A stretch of 62,900 bases of DNA, counting the filler, from Collodictyon triciliatum (Eukaryota): NCBI GenBank assembly GCA_043381765.1. It is 6 parts of 6 records of this genome, joined end to end, with 100 filler letters (N's around TTAATTAATTAA, not from the genome) between each part and the next. Parts side by side here need not be neighbours in the genome. Positions count along the whole stretch, not along the records: positions 31,991 to 43,191 come from JBHJMP010002459.1; positions 43,292 to 54,486 come from JBHJMP010002460.1; 4 more parts are not named here. One strand, written 5' to 3'. The stretch's first letter is position 1. Every line of letters starts with the position of its first letter. Positions 40,554-51,685 of the stretch are shown here, piece after piece. The notes beneath the pieces are model-generated. The model did not search any database, was not told the DNA's origin, and saw nothing but the letters and a program-made list of their open reading frames with translations. The translations under genes and the position numbers were made by a program.

Positions 40554-42991
40554 AATGTTAATGAAATATCATCGATTCCCTAACCGATGGTATACCTTTT
40601 GATACCTGTTGGTAGTACATCGACATTCTTCAGTACGAAGTTTCGTCAAACCTGTCTATCGGATGTCCGAAATTTCCCATGGCGATAATCATTTATGGAG
40701 ATGGGTCATTCTTCTCCCCCTACCAACTCAATACCAGCGATGTATACACCCTTTCAGTTTCCTTCAAGTGCGGATTCAAGGAATGGACAAGAGTTGTGCT
40801 TGAATTGAACAACATCCTTCGCCATACAACCTCTGAGCTACCACATTCACTAACGGAGGTAAACTATCTTAATTTTTTTTTAAAAAAAACAACAACTTTA
40901 TATTGAAAAATTGTATCTCATAAATTCGTGTATATTTTTTGGGATATCTCTATGATTTCTGTATTATGATTTTTATTTTTTCTTCGAAAAAAAAAACGAT
41001 ATTCCGAACCAAATAATTGTCTATAAAAGGCTGTTGAATATTTGAGAAAAGAAAATGACACGACTTTCAAAGCACGGGGCATCGAAGTTGATATCGGGCG
41101 ATATTTCCTATCCACAGAAGGACCGACAGAGCTTGTAATTTCTCAAAGAAAGGAAAGAAAAAGGAAAATAATAGCCCCTTTGTGTAAATTATAGCAGTGA
41201 CTTTATTGTATATGAGAGTTGGTTATTCATCTCAATCAAACAGATATTACTTTATCCAACTCCTGAAAAATAGAGACTAGTTGCTTCTTTTCTTTATATA
41301 TTTTGATTTCCTTGGACGTGCATCCGCTGCTCCGCCTATGTTTGAAGTTCGCTTTTCACCTAATGTAGGCAATAGTTATCAATGAAATCGAATCTGAAGA
41401 CCACATTACGAAAGCCAAACTCCCATTCGACCCTATCCAAGTTTCAAGTGAAGTGGATAAAGTTTCCGGAATAAGCAACGCATATCCATATGGTCGATTT
41501 TCTCTTATATTTTATATTTTATATTTTATATTTTATATTTTATATTTTATATTTTATATTTTATATTTTATATTTTATATTTTATATTTTATATTTTATA
41601 TTTTATATTTTTTTGGAGGTTTCTATGGTGTGCTTTATTAGGAAATCAGTCACGTGTTTATAATGAAGTCACATGGCATAAGAGTGTTACATTTGGTGTC
41701 TTCACTGTATGGTGTATTATGGTTTCTCCTATCTGATATATAGAGAATCAAAAGAGCTTTAGCAAGGCGGTTTACATAGACCAGATAGTACAATTCTTCA
41801 TGCGCAATCGTAAGCCGGTCTCAAGTGGGTTCTTTGGGGACCCTAGAATGCTGTCTATATCACTTGTGTGCCTTCTAATCCTGGATAAGGTTCTTTTGTG
41901 AATATTAGCCAAGAATTTTTTTTATTGATAATATTTTATGATGCATCGATTTATGAACAAAAAGGTAGCACCATATACGCGATACTTCTAAATAATTAGT
42001 ATGCCATTTCTCTGTGAACAGATTATGGTTTTGATTTCGATGGAGGAGATATTCCGATTAAACCAGAGATGCTTTTATACAACCCTTTTCATCATACCGG
42101 CTGCCTTGGTGATGTCCCCGACAGTTGGAGTGACCGCATTCGTTCTGCGAAATACATTTTATATTCGACAGGTTTTTGAACCACGAAAGACAGAAATCCT
42201 CATGTTTATTCCAACCACACCGATGCTGATGTCGCACTCCTATCTACCCACAATTCTGCGTCCACTTTACAGTTTTTGTCTTTTTCCTGAACTTCTTCAC
42301 CCCTTCGACTCGTGCACTTGCAGTATGTTGCGTGGACCACGCTATCAATCGGAAACATCCTATTCTGTGTCGTCTACCTCCTCTTTGCTGGACAAAGTCT
42401 GAACACTGCATTCCTGCTCATGATTGTTGCGGTTCTTGTGAAGGTATGTCGGCACACCACCCCTCTCAAACTCGATACTTGGGTCCGCATCGCTCCATCA
42501 TCCCGTCTTCTGCATCTACAACCATTCTGACAACCCCCAATTGTGCATTTTAGTATCTCTCGTGCTTCGTTGCCACTTCCCTGCTGGGCTGCCTAGAGTT
42601 CGTCTCTCCCGAACGAAGCGGCCTCCACGAAGCCGCGAGCGATGGCGCCTACTCGCCGGGTGACTGATTTGCACTGGACATGTATGCACAAACCTATTCG
42701 GGAGCGTGCCTGCACCTTGTCCGAAGAAATAAAAGCACCAAACCTGACTGATTGGTGGGCACGCTCCTCAAATAGGCAGAATACGAACAGAAACCCAAGG
42801 CTTTGGAACAAACGCCAACCCACAACGCGCAGGCGGCCTCGAGGGATCAGACGGCCCCGCGGCTGGGTGGGCCTGGAGGCGACTGAATCTTGACCGGACA
42901 AGTGCTCATGTGCCTCTCTTCGTTCTGATATCACTCAAGTCTTTTTCTTTGCCCAGTTGAAACCCCAGGTTCGGAATGGATGCACTCCTGA
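33249..42991 (+). CDS. Large glycine-rich, Cys-rich multipass membrane protein (Arabidopsis At5g47020/At4g32920-like family), more than 30 exons
   Basis: Signal peptide; repeated GGGGSGGRI / GGGAGGSI / GGGAHGG motifs; GETGTIISTPCHAGYSGVFCLPCPAGYYKSTNGSEPCIMC...CSYRC; TM segment; RLYFLGNNSYNYPWRL; WEG motif; IIIYGDGSFFSPYQL; C-terminal TM helices. TGA at 42989-42991. Confidence 0.8.
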
Positions 42992-43676
42992 GCGAAGCTT
43001 TCGAGGTGGTCGAGCTGGCCAATCGGCGGGAGATCGAACGACGCCGAAAGATTCTCAAGATCACACGCGAGGTACTCTCTTGAGTTTTTTTCTTTCCTTT
43101 TTCTTTTCTTTTCTTTTCTTTTCTTTTCTTTTCTTTTCTTTTCTTTTCTTTTCTTTTCTTTTCTTTTCTTTTCTTTTCTTTTCTTTTCTTTNNNNNNNNN
43201 NNNNNNNNNNNNNNNNNNNNNNNNNNNNNNNNNNNTTAATTAATTAANNNNNNNNNNNNNNNNNNNNNNNNNNNNNNNNNNNNNNNNNNNNAAAAGAAGA
43301 GAAAAGAAGAGAAAAGAAGAGAAAAGAAGAGAAAAGAAGAGAAAAGAAGAGAAAAGAAGAGAAAAGAAAAGAAAAGAAAAGAAAAGAAAAAGAAAAAGAA
43401 AAAGAAAAAGAAAACAGAGAAAATAGAGAAGAGGAAAAAGACGAGCACTTCCTGAAGTACGTTGATTATTATTATTATTGCTTTTAAAAATTTCCTCAGA
43501 AAACGAAGTAAAAAATAAGGTCAAAACCAAAAAACCAAAAAAAAAACAAAAAAACAAAAAAACAAAAAAACAAAATCAGGAACTTAGTCCGACAGAAAAA
43601 AAAAACACCTCTTAGAGGCCGTATCCTTTATTCCAACGGAGGCTAAAACCCCCTTCACGACGGTAAAGAGTGTAGA

Positions 43677-45134
43677 ATGTCCGATGCGCCGACTGAAGGA
43701 GACGCCACCGATCCAACCCTGTGTGGCCAGCTTGATTCGCTTTCACTTGGCGACGGTACTGAGACTCAGCCCACAGAGCCCACTCCGAAACAGCCAGCGC
43801 GACCCTCGAGCCAGGACGAAGCAGCTAGCAAGGGTAACCGATAAACCTTTCCCGTTTCTTTGGCTTTGATCTCCTCCCAACGCCGCAGTTTTATTAGCTC
43901 TCAGACGTGGCAAACAGTCGATCATTAGTTAAACCATGTGCATTTTATTCATTTCTTGGCCTTGAACTTCAAAACATGCTTTCCACTGCATACCTAGGAG
44001 AAGGGATTGCATCTCCAGATGCGCAAGAAGATTCAGTCTTTGTCCAAACAGCCATGAAGCACATAGGCGACGTGTCTGCTCCTGTGAGAGAGAGGCTGAG
44101 GGAGTTGATTCTGCTGCAGGAAAGGCGAGATGCGATGGAGAAAGAGTTGGAGCGGCAAATCACTGCGATTGAAAAAAGCTATGAACCGAAATTCAGCGCA
44201 TTTTACCAACAGCGGAGCGGTGTATTGTCTCATGGTGAAGAGATACCTGAGTTCTGGTTTACTTGCATGGTGCAAGTTAATTTGATTGCTAATCTCATCC
44301 AGGAGCAGGATGAAGATGCTCTTAAACATATCCTTGATATCCGTGTGGAACCACTGGCCGAGTTTGTGAATGGTTTTAAGCTGGTTTTTCAGTTTAGAGA
44401 GAACCCTTTCTTTGAAAATGCACTCTTGGAAAAAACCTATATCCTTGAAGAGACTGATGTATTGGATGAGTTGAATATCAAGGAAATTAAAGGTACAGAG
44501 ATAAGGTGGAAACCAGGAAAGAACCTGACTGTAAAAAAGGTTACGCGAAAGAAAGGGAGAAAAGGTTTGCTTTGACTTTATCGGAAGCGCCGTTCGTCCA
44601 GCGTATTCATTTTATCACATTTTCATGATTCTGTTCATTTTCTTGGGTTTTCTAAATGAGGTAGTAAAAGAATCCCCTTCTCACGACTGGCCTATATTTA
44701 TGTGTATGTATTTGGACCTCTTACCGATTTCAAACACCACTGATAAGGATCGAAACCCAAATCCGAAAGTAAGGTTGAACCGGTTGATAGCTTCTTTAAT
44801 TTCTTCAACCCTCCATCTGTTCCAACCGAGGACGAAGAATCTGATTACATTATGGTGAGTTGCCTTTGAAGTATGACTGATGGTCTCCTCCCAAATAATT
44901 AGAAAATAGCCACCAAAGTTTAATTTTTCTTTTCAAGCGGCATATTTACATGTATCATTTTTTTTTCTAAAGAGAATCAGTGAAATCCTGGAAGCAGATT
45001 ATGAAGTGAGCGCTAGTTTCAAAGACAAACTCATTCCGAAGGCTGTGAGTTGGTATTTGGGTGAAATTCTGGATAGGGACGGCCAAGACAATTTCATCGA
45101 AGATGGTGCTGAATCTGATGGTGATGACGCATAA
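43677..45134 (+). CDS. NAP1: Nucleosome assembly protein 1
   Basis: Four exons. Motifs IPEFWFTCM...IQEQDEDALKHILDI, FKLVFQFRENPFFENALLEKTY, GTEIRWKPGKNLT, DSFFNFFNPP, ADYEVSASFKDKLIPKAVSWYLGE, and an acidic tail. Confidence 0.96.
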
Positions 45135-45353
45135 AATATTCATCCCTATAAGCTCTCACTCTATATAATTTTACTACTGACTCTAATACAACCAAAACAT
45201 CAAACGCTGGGCCGAAAAAAAAAACCAAGTGCAAATCCCAAAAAGAAAAAAAGTATTCGCAATTGTTTCTTTTCCTCCTTCATTTGGTTTAAGGGAAGGA
45301 AGGGGGTTAGTTGTTTTTTTTTCTACAGTCTGACGTAATTGTTTGCGCCTTGA

Positions 45354-45991
45354 AGTATTCACAAACGTTTTTTCCCCCCTTTATTCGATTCAGAGCGCAG
45401 CAAGGTTACGCCATACAAAGGGGTGAGATAGGTGCGCATGGTGGAGAGCAAACGCGAGTAGGAGAAGACACTGCCGTGGAGAGGGTAGCACTGGAAAGAA
45501 GTCAGTGATAGCGAGCTGGTCAGGTGGGCGTCCCAACTGTTTGATTGGTTGTGTGGGTAATAATGGTTGAATATGTTGCGGGAGATATCGCACGACACAT
45601 TCCCAAGTCTCTCTTCGCTTGCCGTCAGAGTAGCGAAGAATGCAGGTGTGTTTCAGCAGGCTGTTCAGGAAGCTGTATTGCACGAGGCTTTCCAGCCTGG
45701 ATACATTGATTTCTGTTTCGGGTGAATCATTAGAGCGAGAGAATGCGCGCACACTCCATAAGGACCACAGCATATGTCCCCTTGTGACTGTCCAGAGTAT
45801 TCTAGAGTTGTGGGTCGTTTGGTATTGTGGGCCAAACAGGATGTCGGGCGCGCTGAGACGGTTGGGAGCATAATCAAGCTCAGAGAGCATCTTGTGGGTA
45901 GATTCTGTCACTTTTTGAGCAAGAGAGCACTTAACCAAATGTGTGTTCGATAGATTTATCTCCACTATGGCACATGTAGTATTCACAAATG
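45354..45991 (-). mobile_element. 5'-truncated non-LTR retrotransposon (L1/Tx1-like ORF2 C-terminus plus 3' UTR) with 14-bp TSD
   Basis: Intronless ORF fragment with HLVKCSLAQKV and LWTVTRGHMLWSLWSVR, resembling the zf-RVT tail and the LW-x-IW-xx-R motif. It ends GAATCGAATAAAGGGGGG-A(n) and is flanked by AGTATTCACAAACG (45354-45367) and AGTATTCACAAATG (45978-45991). Confidence 0.8.
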
Positions 45992-46546
45992 CTAATCAAG
46001 AACATGTCAACTCTGACACCTTTCTCCCTTTCTCCCTCTCCTCTCTACCTATTTGATTATTCCTGAAATCTCTCAAACACTACACTCCCGTGATGACCTC
46101 ATAATCCATTTCTTCATTTGATTTCAACCCCCAACACGGTAAGTTACATATCTTCCTATCTGCTGGTAAACAATGCCAAAACCCACGCGGGGCTTCAGGC
46201 ATCATCATTCCCCCCTTTGCCTCCACAAAACAAAAACATATTAAACACCAACCAGCAGACGCAAAGGCCGCCGAAATATATACTGTACTTTTTAACTCAT
46301 AACATTGTTACAGCACCGGTGCTGCAGCATGCGACATGCCCGGAAGAAGTTGATCAGGCCACAAGGAACAGGCAGCAGCGATCGCCCCAGGCAAAAACGA
46401 TCTGTAGAATGTTCTACGACCGCATCAACACAAACATCCGATAACTAAAAATATATCAACCAATAATACTTATTGATATGAAGAATATATCGATGGCTGA
46501 ATATATAATAAAGTAAATCGCAAAGAAATAAAGGAAACTTGTATAC

Positions 46547-46708
<162 letters not shown>

Positions 46709-46743
46709 GAACACAATAATCCACCCAACCAAAGGAGCAGAGT

Positions 46744-49700
46744 ATGAGCCGACGAAAAGATAAAAAGGCCAACAAGCCAGTCCCCGTCCACTTTACAGAC
46801 ACAGAGTTGGCAGTGCCCTCACAGATCGGCCTGACTTCGCCTGACTCGCTGGCTTCTGATGAGACGGCCCTCGATCCCCAAGAGGGAAGAAAGATCCTTC
46901 TCCTTGTCTTCCTTTGTATGCTTTCTATTCACATCCCTTTGTCATATGTCACAACGCTCCGTGTCGTGAGGTCGGCAGATTCTTAATTTTGCAAGTTTTC
47001 TTCTTTTTACAGAAAGGATGTACCCTCATCCGAGAAGGTTTATACATGTACTCGCCCTTTCATCGCTTTGTATGCTACGCTAGATATGCTCCAGGGAATC
47101 CCACTTGGTTTGATCCAGGGTCCCATCCCTCTCACACTCCAAGAGAAGCAAATATCATACAAGGACGCAGGCATTTTCTCCCTCACGATGTATCCGTATG
47201 CAATGAAGGTTTTGTGGTCTCCCTTTGTTGATTGCTATGCGCTACCAGGTTTTTGCATGCGTCTTTTGTGTATATAACCTTTCAGATCCGAAACTGCTTC
47301 CTTTTCTGTGTATACATGGCTTTAGTTTACCTTCTTCAAATTACGCTTCTCTTCCGTCTTTTTTTTTTTTTTTAAGAAAAATAAATTCGATTCGTCGTAG
47401 AAAGGAGACAAGCTGCTTCTAACATTTTTTTTTTATAAAATTCTGCCTGTGTCATCGTGCGTATTAGGAGTTGGAAGACGCAAATCGTGGATCATTCCAA
47501 TACAGATTATTCTATCCATATCTCTCATCGTACTGAGTTACTATATCGAAGATCTAATGAGCACACATGAGAATATATACCTTCTCACGGGAATATTTTT
47601 CTCCATGGTTGTCCTTATTGCCACGCAAGATATAGCTGTTGATGGTACCATTACTCTACCACAATTTCACGCCATAACCCCAATTTACTATGTCATATTC
47701 ATTCATAAGAGACTTAATTTATTTATTTATTTTAATTTTCCTTCTTGTTACCCTTGTCGTCCTTAAGGCTGGGCAATATCGTTGATGACTGGTCAGAATG
47801 TACGATATTGTGCTACATGTCAGGTCAGTTCAATCATCTATATTATGATTCGTTTTTTATTTTTAGATTTCAATCCCAGAAACAAAGTTGAATGCACACA
47901 ACACTTCTATTCATCCAGTTACAACTATACTTTGCTAGACGGTCGGGCTCACTTTAGGACTATTTGTTTCTTCTGTTGTTTTCAGCGTCCTCAATTCATC
48001 AACGCTTTGCGAATATTCTTTTCTAAGCTGTACAGATGATAAAGTTTACATCACCCTGCCTCAATTTATGTACTTTTGGGGGGTAGCGTTTGTATTTATT
48101 ACTGTTGCTGTGATACTATTTGAAGAGCCTGAAACCAAAGCAGATGAAAGTTCTATCGGCGATTTTTACAAGTCTATGATCAAATTAATACGCCTCCCAG
48201 GTTTTTATTAGTCGCTTTACTGATATGACCCCTTGTTGCCTAACCAAGTGCAGAATACAATATAGGAGCTAATCATACTTAGATTATTTGGTATTTTTTA
48301 TCGTTTATTTAAAATTCTTTTTTTCTTGATTTTTTTTATATCTCATCGGGTCATTGGGAGTCTAGCTGTCATGAAGCTGCTGATCGTCTTACTTATATCA
48401 AGATATGCCTTTGTGTCACTGGAAGGTATTGCCATGGTCAAGTTACAAGAGGTATTTTCTGACTATCTAATCATCATCACTAAAATTCCAACAGAAAGGA
48501 TTTTCCTCCTAAAAAGTAATTTTATGTTGAGCAATCTTTACTCATTCATAAATATTCGTTCTTATTCGTTCTTATTCAACCAGAAAGGGGTCCGGAAGAA
48601 TAATTTTGCCATACTATCCTTGATAGGTAGGTATTAGCACAACGTAACCCTTCCTACATGTGTGACCATTTAGTGATTCATTCCATGTTTCTTATCAATC
48701 TGCTCTAGATATTTTTATATTATAGTGTCCTATATATTTATTAAATGAGCCATCAATTGGTCTAGATTTTCCTTTTCAGCTTATCTTTGTTGGAATTGCG
48801 GATGTCCTGATCACCAAGCAAAAAGGAAAATTTATGCCGGTAGCGTCCCTTTTATTTTTAGGATAGATTAGTAAACGGCACATTCTTTCGCTAACCCTAT
48901 TTTCTTTCAACAAAATTTTAGTGGTTTGTCGGATTTGGTGTAAAATATGTGATCACATTGGTCACTGTTATTTTTCGTATGACTTATTTTCTACTCTTTA
49001 ATCACCTTTTCATTCCAAATGTACCTGCTTCGTGTGTCATGTACGTGATATTACTATCTGTTTATTTCAATCCAAGAAAATTGTTTTATTATCATATTTC
49101 CTCTTCATAGTCATCAGCATGCCCGTCGTCAGCATCGGGTCGTCTGTAAATTGGGACATTATGGTTACTGTGAGCTTTCTTCAGATTGTTTCTTCCGCTG
49201 GTTCTATACTGATGTTTGTTTGTATGGTAAGTCTAGTAACAAGACTTTTGTATATTTTCTTGACCTCAATCTTTTCTCTCTGCCATTTGGCTTGGAATAG
49301 TAAACAACATATTATCTCTTTCATGTCTCTCCATTTCGGCATCAATTTTCCCTTCGATATGTGACACTTATCTATGTTGTTCAACAAGCTAAATATCCCT
49401 TTTCTACGCAGGGCGCGTTTTTTTCGGAGGTTGCTGATCCTGAAATAGGAGGTAGCTATATCACCTTACTAAACACAGTCGGCAACTTCGGTGGCACATG
49501 GCCCAAACTTGTTGGCTTTGCATGTATGTAATTGCTCAAGAGCCATTGATATTTTGTTGAAGTATGTATGCATAAAGAATAGTTTATCTTCCTTTTCCTT
49601 TTTCCTTTTCCTTTTTCCTTTCAATCTCAAGATACCGAATCATACAGCTAAATATCCCAAGAGAAAGTGTTCCCATTTACCATAATATGATTTTCTCATG

Positions 49701-50198
49701 TGCGATGCATTTCTACCACATATACATTTTAAAGCGATGGATTATTTTTCGAGCCATTTCTGCAACGGTATATCAATTCTATATTAATAATCACAATTAA
49801 TCCCCGCGCCTGATGTTGTGTTGAATATACTATCTCTCCTGTCTCACGTTTCTACCAGACCTTCATATAGCCTTATTGCGATTTACAGGAATCAAGGCAT
49901 ATCCCTGTGAAACAAACAGCGACTGCGATGTCTTTGGCTTCTCCCCCGGCCACTGCATAACCGCAGACGATGGATTCATGATTGTATCTGCTTCATCTTT
50001 CGTTATTGGTAAGTCCCAAGGCATATCTTGATATTTCATGATTCTTTCCATGTAAAATAATTCAATATCATGCCTGGCACTTTGTTATATTTAAATTAAA
50101 AAAAATTGTAAATAGGACTCGTCTTTTTCTTTGTCAGCCGCAAAATCCTTCTATCTCTTCAGGATACAAACATGTCTCATTGGCGAATTCAGAAATAA
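46744..50198 (+). CDS. SLC33A1: Acetyl-CoA transporter AT-1 (MFS, SLC33A1 family)
   Basis: LLLVFLYMLQGIPLGL, FSLTMYPYAMKVLWSPFVD, GRRKSWIIPIQ, IATQDIAVDGWAISL, YCATCQTVG, AFFSEVADPEIGGSYITLLNTVGNFGGTWP, and a terminal HWRIQK*. Confidence 0.95.
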
Positions 50199-51182
50199 AT
50201 AGATATATAAATTTGCAGGCTTTGTTTCTTTGTTTCTTTGTTTGCGTGAGGCAAATTCCCCAAAAGTTTCTATAATATGCCTCACAATGTGAATAAATGT
50301 GGTGAACACACTGAGAGAGAGAGACTTCAGAAGAACAATAAATAAAAAGTCGCAATAATTGAGAAAAGTCTCTTTTGCTGAGAAGCAATAAACACACTGA
50401 GAGGCAAAAGACACATTCTCCAGAAAATAATACCATTAAACTGGCGTTCTTTCCTTCTTCTCGCGGTTCAACACATTCTAAAGCCGAAAAAAAAAACACG
50501 CAAGCGAACCCGAGAAGGACGAGACCACCTACCAGGATACAGGCGCCACAACTCTGCCCCATGGAATGCCTACGGATCGTACGCGAACTGAGAAGGCCGA
50601 CGCAGCCAATGCAGAGGGCGAAGAGGTCACTTTACTACATCCTTTGCAACACAGGTTATGCACCGTGACACACCGACGATCAAGGCGCCAGCTGCCTCCG
50701 ACCCGTGAGCACAACAAACTACTAATAAGACGGAGCGAGCTCTTTGAAACGAATAAATAATAATAATAAAGGGTTGAAAGACATCAAGTTCTAGCCATCA
50801 ACCCACGGGTTGCAAGATAAGTATAAATGTAATGCTCTGTATTAGTTGCTATGATTCATTTACCTTCCCTTTTTCTTTTTTCATTTTTCATTTTTCATTT
50901 TTCATTTTTCATTTTTCATTTTTCATTTTTCATTTTTCTTCGGTTTCATTCAGTCTGTAATTGGATAAACTTAATTACAAAGGTTGTGACAAACTTGGGT
51001 TTATCCCTGCCAAGGCACATCACTTTTTATACAAGGAAAGTGTACCCACATATAGCAGTTTATCGCACAGACAACCATCAATTTAAATCTGGATTGACAA
51101 AAGCAGGAGCCTTAATGAATCCAAGAAGCAACCTGAATGATATAATAGTATAATTAGTATATGCAATAAGATTTAAAAAATA

Positions 51183-51243
51183 CTTTATAATATCATTCTT
51201 TTTTTTTCCTTTGTTCGATTCAAAGGCTTTATAATATCATTCT
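51183..51243 (-). mobile_element. Micro retro-insertion (27 nt) with perfect 17-bp TSD
   Basis: CTTTATAATATCATTCT [T8-CCTTTGTTCGATTCAAAGG] CTTTATAATATCATTCT. Confidence 0.88.
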
Positions 51244-51685
51244 ATTCCTATAATCAATTTATATTTTATTTTTCATTTATGTAATAGTACTATTAAAATT
51301 CAAATCCAAAAATTACAAACAAGCCCTTGCGTTGGCTCAGACAGAACCTTCCCTATAAACCTGCCACCAAACATGTATTCCAAAAAAGCATACTATCCAC
51401 ACTTGCGGCGGTAATCATGTTGTTTGGGGCCGATATGTTGACTTTCAGTCCCAAGGGCTATACAGCCGTCCTTTCGAACTGGCCGAATCGGCTCTCGGCG
51501 TTTTGTCTCAAATCACTTGTAAAAAAAAAACTTTGTGTGTTTGTTTGCCACAATGCACAGATTTTGAGAGTCTCGGTAGATGCTTAATTTTACATAAATC
51601 GATTTTGTGCAGTTTTCTTATTTATGTATTAAATTGACTGATTGACTAAAGTCTTATTAATATTGAAAAACTCGGTATTTTTCTA

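Noticed and set aside
50720-51420. Small spliced minus-strand ORF faintly resembling V-ATPase subunit e, or an antizyme-like +1 frameshift at AAT-TGA-T
   Set aside because: Several incompatible exon chains can be drawn and none reproduces the family motifs convincingly.
51420-51520. GGCCGA/GCCGAAT matches as possible terminal inverted repeats of the Fanzor element
   Set aside because: The matches are only 6-9 nt, are inconsistent between copies, and have no TSD.
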